DNA of 61,590 nucleotides, counting the filler, from Actinobacteria bacterium UBA7524 (lineage in GTDB: Bacteria > Actinomycetota > Coriobacteriia > Anaerosomatales > UBA912): NCBI GenBank assembly GCA_002478275.1. It is 6 parts of 6 records of this genome, joined end to end, with 100 filler letters (N's around TTAATTAATTAA, not from the genome) between each part and the next. Parts side by side here need not be neighbours in the genome. Positions count along the whole stretch, not along the records: positions 1 to 8,062 come from DLMY01000006.1; 5 more parts are not named here. One strand, given 5' to 3'. This document shows, in pieces, positions 1 to 8,162 of the stretch (its first letter is position 1; every line of letters starts with the position of its first letter). Below the pieces are notes generated by a model that searched no databases, had not been told where the DNA came from, and worked only from the letters and a program-made list of their open reading frames with translations. Both the position numbers and the translations under genes were made by a program.

Positions 1-49
1 GCTGCACCGGCATCGTAGCGCGGTGCTCTTAACCAGATGTGACTTGCAT

Positions 50-3000
50 CTAAAGGCCCGAAGAACCATCCCCATATGGGGTATCCGGCTCGGAGTCCAT
101 GGCCAGGATCGCTTCGTACAGGCGCATCGTCTCGGCGGACGGGTCGATACCCAGGTCCTCAGTCAGCTTACTTCNNNNNNNNNNNNNNNNNNNTTGCAGC
201 GCATCATCGCCTGGTACACGTCCTCGCGCCACGCGTCGACCGATGACGCGCGGCGTAGGTACTCCAGCGCCGAATCGTAGTCGCCGCGCGTCTCGAAGAA
301 GCGTCCGGCCAGGAGCATGGCTGCGCAGAAGTCCTGGCGAGTCCGCNNNNNNNNNNNNNNNNNNNNNNNNNNNNNNNNNNNNNNNNNNNNNNNNNNNNNN
401 NNNNNNNNNNNNNNNNNNNNNNNNNNNNNNNNNNNNNNNNNNNNNNNNNNNNNNNNNNNNNNNNNNNNNNNNNNNNNNNNNNNNNNNNNNNNNNNNNNNN
501 NNNNNNCGCAGAAGTCCTGGCGAGTCCGCTCCCGGATCTCGCCGAACCAGTCGTCATAGACGTCGCCAGGCAGGAGCTCCCCCCTGTAGACGTCGGCGAC
601 CGCCCGGGCCGCGGATGCCATGCACTCCACATCACCGGCCCGCTCGGCGGCCTTCAGCTGTGCGATCGCGGCGTCCAGGTCGTCCAGGTCGCTCGACACC
701 GCCGCGGTGACGCGGCACAGTCCACCCGCCGTGTGCACGTAGTTGTCCGCATGTCGGGGCGTATGCTTGCCGCCGAGGATGCTCTTCANNNNNNNNNNNN
801 NNNNNNNNNNNNNNNNNNNNNNNNNNNNNNNNNNNNNNNNNNNNNNNNNNNNNNNNNNNNNNNNNNNNNNNNNNNNNNNNNNNNNNNNNNNNNNNNNNNN
901 NNNNNNNNNNNNNNNNNNNNNNNNNNNNNNNNNNNNNNNNNNNNNNNNNNNNNNNNNNNNNNNNNNNNNNNCACGTGACGTAGTAGTTGTTGCGAGCGCT
1001 CTCCAGACTCAGGTTCGGCCACAGATGCTCGAGCAGCATGTCACGCGATACATCCTGCCCGCGACGCATGACGAGCATCAGGAACATGGCGCGCGCTTTG
1101 CGCTTGCGCCACGCGACGTCTGGGATTGCGCCGTACTCGGTGGTCACGCGAAGTCCGCCGAACAGTTGGACGCGACAGAACGCCTGTGACTCGGCATCGG
1201 ACTCGAAGGACCCTGCCTCGTCCGCGCGCACCGACGCACTGAGGCGGGAACGCAGCGCCTCTACGGTCTCCGGGTCGCAGATCTCGGGGGCCGCGAGCAG
1301 TGCCTCTGCGGCGGTTTCGGGTGGAAGGAGCGCTATCAGGCGAGTCGGCAGCATCTCGGCCCCCANNNNNNNNNNNNNNNNNNNNNNNNNNNNNNNNNNN
1401 NNNNNNNNNNNNNNNNNNNNNNNNNNNNNNNNNNNNNNNNNNNNNNNNNTCCTGGATCCGTGCGTCCTGCACCCGGGCCAGCGACCGCAGGACCACTTGC
1501 GAGGCCAGTGTCCCGGCAAGGATCATCATCGCCGCCGCCAGCAGCGGCAGGAGCGCCGGGAACGACCGGATGTAGAACGAGCCCTGCAGGTTGAGGGAGC
1601 CGGTGCTGATGTACTCGGCATGCGGCGCGAGACGGGTGATCGCGGTTGCGGCGTCACCGTCGCGACGGTCACACTCGGCGAGCACCAGGTCCGCCTTGAG
1701 GTGGTGAGCGCAGGCGTTGGGGTCGGGAAGCTGCTGCTTGACGGACTGAGCAGCACGCGCGGCACCTTGCTGGTCGCCGAGCGCAAGGAGCGAGGCAGCG
1801 ACCTCGATGCGCGCGGCGAGCCGGAAAAGGTCGAGGGAGCCAGCCAATGGCGCCATCGCCCCGTCAGCCCGTTCAGCAAGCGCAAGTGCACGACCGGCGT
1901 CGCCGTGCGCGCGAACTGCCTGTGCGTACATCGCCCAGCCAACGGCCAATCCGAACGTGTCATCTCGCCCCGCAAGCAGACGGGATGACTCAGCGAACGC
2001 GTCCTCCGAATCGCGCAACCCAGCCCGTGTGGCGAGAACACCCGCGAGCGTCCCTAAGACATAGCCCCGCAGATGATGGAGTCCGAGGCTGTCGGTCTCC
2101 TGAAGCACGCTCGCCAGCAGCTGGCGCGCATCGTCGACCAATCCAAGTTCCAACAGCGTGACACCGTGGTTTGCGCGTACCATGAGTCGCTGCACCGAGG
2201 ACAGGTCGCCGCGCCTGCTCACCCTACCGACCGCTGATTCGGCGAGGTCCCAACGCCCGCACGCCCCCCCTTGAACAGCCGCCAGTGAGTTCACCGCAAA
2301 CACGTGCTCGTCAGAACCCTCGTCTACGCCGGACAGCATTCCCTGTACGCGCACCGCACATTCGAGCGCGATCGCGAGATTCCCCGCATGCGAGTGGGCG
2401 ATGGCCCGGTATGCCTCAATAACGCAACACACGAGCGGAGGAGCAGCGGACAGTGCGGTTGTCGAGAGGTCTGCGATGATTCCCGGCACTTCTCCACTGC
2501 GTCCCACATCGAGCGCGAGGCGGGCCATCAGCATCGCGGACTCCACTACCAGCTCGTTCTCACCTGCATGCTCAGCCAGACGCCGGGCCAACACAGCGTG
2601 GCTCATCGCCTCATCGATGCGCTCCTGCTGCCGGAGCACCGTGGCGCTGAGGAGCAGGAGTCTCGGATTGTCGGATAGGGAGATTGGCGAAACACGCGCC
2701 AGGCACTCGGCCATCGCGAGCGGCCCCACCGCCCGCAGTACCCTCGGTCCGACTGACTCACACCATCGCGCAACCTCATCGGGAGTGCAGGCTCCCGTCA
2801 GTACACCCAGCACGCGCACGTAGTCGTCGTGGGTCAGTAGACACTTGATGGCTGCAGTTCGGATGCACTCAGCAGTCGAGGGGTCCAGTCGTTCCGCCGC
2901 CACCTCGACAACCACCTCACGTAGCGAAGCATGCGTTCTGAACTGGGCGAGCTCGTTGAGTTCCTCATGCGAGAGCCGGAATAGGGGAACCGCCCTGCTT

Positions 3001-3854
3001 AGCGCACGGAAGTCGATGCGGACGGCGGGCCCGTCAAGGCAGTTGCGTACGTCACGCAGTTCACCGACCTGGAGCATCGATGCAGCGTAGAGTGCTCGAA
3101 CCGACTCGTCCTTCAGGGCCGTGAGCATGCGTCGGATATGCCACCTCAAGTCACGCGACAGCGGACCGTCGATGTCGATTTCCGGGTGGCTGATCATGAG
3201 ACACACCAGTGCAGGCTGGCCTCCTGAGCGATCCAGGAGCGCGTCCACCACCCCATCAGGCCCTGGCTCTCCGAGCCAACCGTCCATCAGCCTGACCACT
3301 TCATCGCGGGTGAATCGGAGATCGAGATCCTCGATGACCCATTCCGTGGCAGGACTGACGGGAACCGAGTCCTCAAGCGACCTGCACGTGACCACCAGAC
3401 ATGTGCCGCCGCTCGTGCGCTCGCGCAGTGTCTGGGAGAGGTCTCGAACTGACTCGAGGTCCTCCAGGACATCGGCGCCGTCAAGCACGATGCACAGGGG
3501 CTGCCCCACCATGGAGTCCAGTTCGCCCATCAGAGACAGCATCCACCCGGAGCGGGCTGACTCTATCGGGCCCACTGCAGCAGTGGGCCCCTGGCGCTCA
3601 GTGCCTGGGTCCAGCGCCGAGACCAGCGCTGCCAGGATGTCTTCCTCGGACCCTCCGCGGTCCCCGAGATTCACCCAGAAGCAGGCCGCGAACCCCCGTG
3701 ACCGCGCAAACTGCGCTGCGAGCACGCTCTTCCCGTAGCCGGACGGCGCCACGATAATCGTCAACGCCGGAGCGCGCCGCTTGAAAAGCCTGACAAGACT
3801 ACTGCGTTCGAGTACGTTCCCGAAGTCGGGAATCGCACAACCCACCGTCTCCAT
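50..3854 (-). CDS. MalT-like STAND NTPase/TPR transcriptional regulator with C-terminal winged helix and BTAD (SARP-type) domains; split across N gaps
   Basis: N-terminus LERSSL...IVAPSGYGKSVL (Walker A), LCIVLDGAD, DLRFTRDE as in MalT. ORF 632-1519 gives VQLFGGLRV...WRKRKARAMFLMLV...SRDMLLEHLWP (SARP wHTH). ORFs 163-738 and 50-232 give VYRGELLPGDVYDDW...DAWREDVYQAMMRC...LTEDLGIDPSAET (BTAD). All frame changes fall at N gaps. ATG at 3854 follows an AGGGGGAG RBS. Confidence 0.85.
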
Positions 3855-3900
3855 AGCACTCCCCCTCACACCGGTGCTGGAGACCCCCCGTGATGCGCAC

Positions 3901-3932
3901 TATTGCACCTGATACTGTGGCGGAATGCAATA
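3901..3932 (-). promoter_or_regulatory. Inverted repeat TATTGCA-N18-TGCAATA overlapping a possible TTGCAT-N17-TGCAAT promoter upstream of the regulator
   Basis: Read directly from the intergenic gap between the DUF5317-like gene and the regulator start. Confidence 0.35.
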
Positions 3933-3969
3933 ACCTGTCCGCACTCAACTCCTTGATGCGTGCCGACGC

Positions 3970-4521
3970 TCAGGCGACCGGACGCCTGCTCGCGACGAAC
4001 ACCCACCCGCCGAGCCCGAACGCCAACAGCAGGTCCCCCACACTCACTACGCCCCGCTGCCACGCCGGACCGGGCACCGCGATCACGTCGGCAAGGAGCG
4101 TGAGCCGTGTGCCGTCCTCAATCGGCCGATGCAGGCAGCTGGCTTCCATCGCCAGTCGCGCCGCTTCACGCGAGCCCCCGAGCTCGCCGGCAGCCTTGAG
4201 GCTCACCGGCATGCCGCTGTTGAAGCCGATCACGAGGATGTTCATCGCGATCCCGAGTCCGGCGAACGCCAGCATCCAGCGCCTGGGCGCGTTGTAGAAG
4301 AGCACAAACGCCAGGACCGCCATCATCAGCAGCCAGACGATGATACTGAGCGCACACTCAAGCCCAAGGCGAGCGGAGATCATCGGCCACAGCACCTGAA
4401 GCGGCAGCACGACAAACAGCACCGTCTCACCAGCAAGCTTCTCACGCTGCAACAGCCGCAGAGAGCCCCCGGTGACGAGCGAGAGCGCCAGCCACACGAC
4501 GATGATCTCGAACATGATCAC
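3970..4521 (-). CDS. DUF5317-like multi-pass membrane protein; putative intramembrane peptidase
   Basis: 183 aa, hydrophobic, with motifs GGSLRLL, GIAMNILVIGFNSGMPVS, LTLLADVIAVP and VSVGDLL typical of DUF5317. Start overlaps the upstream stop. Confidence 0.75.
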   Translation of the reverse strand: MIMFEIIVVWLALSLVTGGSLRLLQREKLAGETVLFVVLPLQVLWPMISARLGLECALSIIVWLLMMAVLAFVLFYNAPRRWMLAFAGLGIAMNILVIGFNSGMPVSLKAAGELGGSREAARLAMEASCLHRPIEDGTRLTLLADVIAVPGPAWQRGVVSVGDLLLAFGLGGWVFVASRRPVA

Positions 4522-5738
4522 CGGATCGGCCCGCCGGTCTCGGCAACGAACCGCACCACGCGGTCCAACTCCTCAACGACCGCCAAGCGACGTCCGGACT
4601 CCTCGGCCCTGAGCGTCGCGAGCGCCGGACTGACTCCCTGACTGCGCCGCAGTCGATCATAGTGGGAACACACGCCGATGATGTCCGCGCCGAGCGGCGC
4701 GTCTGGAGAACCGGCGCGCTCGTGATGCTCCGCGATCAGCGGCGCGACCGGCGCGAGGAACGGGATCTGCGCCACGATGTCGGCTCCTCGCGCCGCGTGG
4801 ACCGCCTCCTCCTCGTCCTCGGGATGTCCGATGCGTCCAAGGTCGTGCAGTAGCGCTGCATATCGCAGGTGTTCTAGTTCAGCGCTCGGCAGAGCCATCC
4901 TCCGTCCCACTGCAATCGACAGATCGGCCACGCGCTGCGCATGCCCGGCGTCGTGCGGCCGGTCCAGCTCGGCCGCATGCGCCAGCGCCTCGATGGTGTC
5001 GCCATACGCGCGCCGAATGCGTAGGTACAGGTTGAAGCTGTTCTGCAGAATGAGCGTCATGAGCACCGCGATGGCAAATCCCCACATGCCCAGCGCTGGA
5101 TAGACCCGCAGAACGACCGCGGCCATCGCGATGTGGACGAGGTACACGTTGGCAAGCGGACGGAGCAGTAGTTGGACTCCCTGGATGACCGATGCACCGC
5201 CGGTCAGACGCTCCTGGACCGAGACTGTCAACACGTCGAGCAGCGCGTAGACGAGGCCGACGGCGAGTATCGGGATCAGCGCCAGATCACCCACCCGCTC
5301 ATCCGTCAGCACTATCCTGAGCAGCGGCTGCGTCGGCGCGACCAGTCCCAAGACGGCGACGGCTCGCACCGCATCGATCCCGCGACGTGCCGACTGGGCG
5401 CCGGGGGATTGAGCGAACCGCGCGGCCGCATCCAGCAGTCCGACGGCAGCGGTCGAGGCAAGCGCCTCGGGCACGTCCAGGACGCCCAGTGCACACAGTC
5501 CCGCCATCACGGTGATGGGGACCTCATCACCCTGGGGCAAGCGCAGAGCCATCAACCTGAGAACGAAGAAGGCTACGGCGAAGCCTCCAGCGGACAGGTA
5601 GTCGAAGCCTGCCGACGCATCCGCCTGGCTCGTTGCATAGAGCGCAGCAGTGACTCCGGCCACGGACAGCAGGACCACGAAGAGTACCTGCGCCGTAGCC
5701 CCGTTGGCCTGACGTTCCGGCACCCTCGGCGCCATCAT
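4518..5738 (-). CDS. Membrane-sensor HD-domain protein with a degenerate HD-GYP domain
   Basis: About 240-aa multi-TM N-terminus, then GHAQRV...AALLHDLGRIG...EHHER. The DGxGYP loop is absent and the AVxDxYDAM segment reads GVCSHYDRL. Confidence 0.85.
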   Translation of the reverse strand: MMAPRVPERQANGATAQVLFVVLLSVAGVTAALYATSQADASAGFDYLSAGGFAVAFFVLRLMALRLPQGDEVPITVMAGLCALGVLDVPEALASTAAVGLLDAAARFAQSPGAQSARRGIDAVRAVAVLGLVAPTQPLLRIVLTDERVGDLALIPILAVGLVYALLDVLTVSVQERLTGGASVIQGVQLLLRPLANVYLVHIAMAAVVLRVYPALGMWGFAIAVLMTLILQNSFNLYLRIRRAYGDTIEALAHAAELDRPHDAGHAQRVADLSIAVGRRMALPSAELEHLRYAALLHDLGRIGHPEDEEEAVHAARGADIVAQIPFLAPVAPLIAEHHERAGSPDAPLGADIIGVCSHYDRLRRSQGVSPALATLRAEESGRRLAVVEELDRVVRFVAETGGPIR

Positions 5739-7003
5739 GAGACGGCCTCTCCGGGCAGAGGCTCGTCGGACAGCGCATTGAATGCGGCCACCAGTCGCTC
5801 ATCGAGTTGCCTGCCTGCAACGCGCTTGAGTTCGGCGCGCGCGGCTTCGTCGGACATTCCCGGGCGATACGCACGGTCCGAGGTCATCGCGTCATACGAG
5901 TCGACGACGGCCAGAATCCGCGCGAGCAGCGGGATGGCCGGACCGACGAGTCCGTCAGGATACCCCGCCCCGTCGATGCGCTCGTGGTGGTGCCTGATGA
6001 TCGGCACGACATCTGAGAGGAACGCGACGTCCTCGGCAAGTTCCGCGCCGATCACCGGGTGGCGCCGCACCTGCCGCACCTCGACGGCACTGAGTTGCTC
6101 GGCCGAGGTGAGTGTCGACTGGCTGAGGCCGATCTTGCCAACGTCGTGCAGCAAGGCCGCTCGCTCCGCAAGGTCCACCTCGGCAGGCGTGAGGCCGAGC
6201 GCTGCTGCCAGGCGCCGCGCGTGTACTGCCACGCGCTCGGAGTGGCCTCGGGTGTAGCGGTCCTTCGCCTCGATCGCCGTGACAAGCGAACGTACGGTCT
6301 CGGTGTAGGCCTCATTCAACTCCGCGTACACCCGGAACGTCTGCCGGGCCATCGCGAACGGGAGTACGAGCAACAGGAGGCCGAACCAGGAGGATGAGGC
6401 GATGAGGTGAGCCATCAGCCAGCCCAATAGGGCCAGAACCAGGAGACTGACCCAGTACGAAGCAGGATTCAAGGCGTCCACCGCGTCGCGTGGGCTGACG
6501 CCAGTACGCAGAACGACGGCGACGCCCACGAGTGTCAGATTGACCACGAAGAAGACCACGACGCCTGCTGCAGCGGCCAGCAGGCCACCTTCGACCGCTC
6601 GATTCAGTGACTCAAGTGACTGCATCGGGACTCCCCCGAGCGCAATGAACACGCAGCCGGACGCAGCGCCCGCAAGGAACAGCTGGGCGAGATTCCCAAG
6701 CATCAGCACCGGTGACTTGTGGTCACGGATCTCTTGTATGGAAACCGCACCTGCAAGGGCCAACAGCCCGCCAGCCGCCGGACCCGCATAGAGGACGCCG
6801 GCGAAGACCGAAGCGAAGATGAGCGAGAGCGAGACAGCGAACGGTAGCTCAATCTCCATGTTCGACAACGCCGCAGTGAGCATCAACAGAGCAACCACGG
6901 GCCAGGGTTCCGTGATCGGCCACTGCCGAAACACGAACTGCCCCACGCCAACGGCCACGCCTGACAGGAGCAGCACATACGTGATGAGGCGATGCCGAAT
7001 CAT
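5735..7003 (-). CDS. Membrane-sensor HD-GYP cyclic-dinucleotide phosphodiesterase
   Basis: Multi-TM N-terminus plus the complete motif set KDRYTRGHSERV, AALLHDVGKIG, HPVIG, HHHERIDGAGYPDGL, ARILAVVDSYDAMTSDRAYR. Confidence 0.93.
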   Translation of the reverse strand: MIRHRLITYVLLLSGVAVGVGQFVFRQWPITEPWPVVALLMLTAALSNMEIELPFAVSLSLIFASVFAGVLYAGPAAGGLLALAGAVSIQEIRDHKSPVLMLGNLAQLFLAGAASGCVFIALGGVPMQSLESLNRAVEGGLLAAAAGVVVFFVVNLTLVGVAVVLRTGVSPRDAVDALNPASYWVSLLVLALLGWLMAHLIASSSWFGLLLLVLPFAMARQTFRVYAELNEAYTETVRSLVTAIEAKDRYTRGHSERVAVHARRLAAALGLTPAEVDLAERAALLHDVGKIGLSQSTLTSAEQLSAVEVRQVRRHPVIGAELAEDVAFLSDVVPIIRHHHERIDGAGYPDGLVGPAIPLLARILAVVDSYDAMTSDRAYRPGMSDEAARAELKRVAGRQLDERLVAAFNALSDEPLPGEAVS

Positions 7004-7026
7004 GCCGTCGCCTCAGGAAGGGGATG

Positions 7027-7248
7027 TGGGCCAACACCGCGCTCGAACTGGTTTACATCTTCCAGGCAGCTCCGCCCCCGATAACGAGAGCGGCGAGTGA
7101 CGCGAGGAGAAAAGCGATACGCTTCATGTGAGAAGACCCCCTGTCTATGTGGTGTCTTCTCCCACCCCGCTAGTGATGGAAGAACCCTGTCCGCTCCGCT
7201 CGATCGTGTGCTGACAGTGTCCAAACCGGTGCTCACGGCGTTGGCCCA
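7027..7248 (-). promoter_or_regulatory. Predicted mRNA structure around the peptide gene: 15-bp long-range helix plus an RBS-sequestering hairpin
   Basis: mRNA UGGGCCAACGCCGUG (7248-7234) pairs with CGCGGUGUUGGCCCA (7041-7027) with two G-U pairs. GAGAAGAC/GTCTTCTC stem at 7130-7161 encloses the RBS. Confidence 0.55.
7053..7127 (-). CDS. Small signal-peptide-like precursor, 24 aa (MKRIAFLLASLAALVIGGGAAWKM)
   Basis: Translated by hand; below the ORF-track cutoff. ATG at 7127, TAA at 7053, AGGGGG RBS upstream, co-oriented inside the cluster. Basic n-region, hydrophobic h-region, GGA, short tail. Confidence 0.8.
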   Translation of the reverse strand: MKRIAFLLASLAALVIGGGAAWKM

Positions 7249-7258
7249 AACTTGGGAT

Positions 7259-7921
7259 CTATGTGGTTGTCAAGAACCCGAGCCGCCTGTTGATCGCATC
7301 AAGCGTTGCTCGGACGATGGAGTCTTTGTCGTTCTGACGCACCAGCGCAGAACCGGCGAAAGCCTGCTCGCCGAGCGAGGTCACCAGGACCACGCAAGAG
7401 ACCGCGACGCTCTCCCTCCCCAATCGGATGATCTCGACATCTTCAAGCGCGAAGGTGAATGCGCCCTGGAGATACTGCGCGATGGCATCGAGCGTGGCCT
7501 CGGCCACCAGGCGCTCCCTGCCCGTGCGACTCGCCGGACCAGTTGCCTTGCCAACGAACAACTCGCCTTCAAGCTCGAGCGCCACGCCGATGTTGACGTA
7601 GACGCCAACGACCTCGGCGTTGATGCTCTTGATCTGGGCGCGTGCGTGAGGCTTGACCGCCTCGGCCTGTGGGACACTCTCCTGGCCGAGCTGGGCAATG
7701 GAGATCTTCTTGTGGTCCACCGCTATGCCGAACGCCGCCATGAGTGTGGACTCGATGTCGCGCACGAGTTGCTTGGGCGCTTTTGACGGCAGCGCGAGGA
7801 CGTGTATCTCGTCGATGTGTCCGGCTGGGGACGTGACCACCCGTGCTGCGCGAATCTCGGAGACCTGCGAAAGGGCCTCTTCCATCTCGCTGATGATCGC
7901 CGGAGATACCACGGGCTCCAT
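7259..7921 (-). CDS. Conserved hypothetical protein with two LeuA-regulatory-domain-like repeats
   Basis: 220 aa with RBS AAGGAG. N-terminal DEIHVLA...PKQLVRDIESTL...VDHKKISIAQL, then two similar modules ending VAEATLDAIAQYL and IVRATLDAINRRL. Confidence 0.7.
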   Translation of the reverse strand: MEPVVSPAIISEMEEALSQVSEIRAARVVTSPAGHIDEIHVLALPSKAPKQLVRDIESTLMAAFGIAVDHKKISIAQLGQESVPQAEAVKPHARAQIKSINAEVVGVYVNIGVALELEGELFVGKATGPASRTGRERLVAEATLDAIAQYLQGAFTFALEDVEIIRLGRESVAVSCVVLVTSLGEQAFAGSALVRQNDKDSIVRATLDAINRRLGFLTTT

Positions 7922-8040
7922 CCGGGGCTCCTTGCTTCAACGAATGCTGCGACTGATGCTGCAGATGTGGTGCGCCTCGGTCCGTCCTTTGGTCACACTA
8001 TCCGCGACAAGCGAGCGTTGTCAACCGACGAGCGGCTGTG

Positions 8041-8062
8041 GAGCGCGTAAGGATTCGGGGGG
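8041..8062 (+). repeat. 22-bp sequence repeated at a contig end; probable terminal repeat of a multicopy IS
   Basis: GAGCGCGTAAGGATTCGGGGGG matches 53529-53550 at 21/22 positions; both copies run directly into a contig break. Confidence 0.6.
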
Positions 8063-8162
8063 NNNNNNNNNNNNNNNNNNNNNNNNNNNNNNNNNNNNNN
8101 NNNNNNTTAATTAATTAANNNNNNNNNNNNNNNNNNNNNNNNNNNNNNNNNNNNNNNNNNNN
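8063..8162. other. Artificial contig linker (N-TTAATTAATTAA-N)
   Basis: 100-nt spacer with stops in all six frames. Identical linkers at 12581-12680, 38926-39025, 50516-50615 and 53551-53650. Confidence 0.97.

Noticed and set aside
50..1519. Regulator fragments as separate genes or a pseudogene
   Set aside because: Every frame change coincides with an N gap, and the domain order is coherent for one protein.
7000..7236. 78-aa ORF in the gap upstream of the HD-GYP gene
   Set aside because: No clear RBS or protein-like features; it overlaps the better-supported 24-aa ORF in another frame.
8107..8118. TTAATTAATTAA palindromes (five copies) as a regulatory or repeat element
   Set aside because: Always centred in 100-nt N spacers; a synthetic contig linker.
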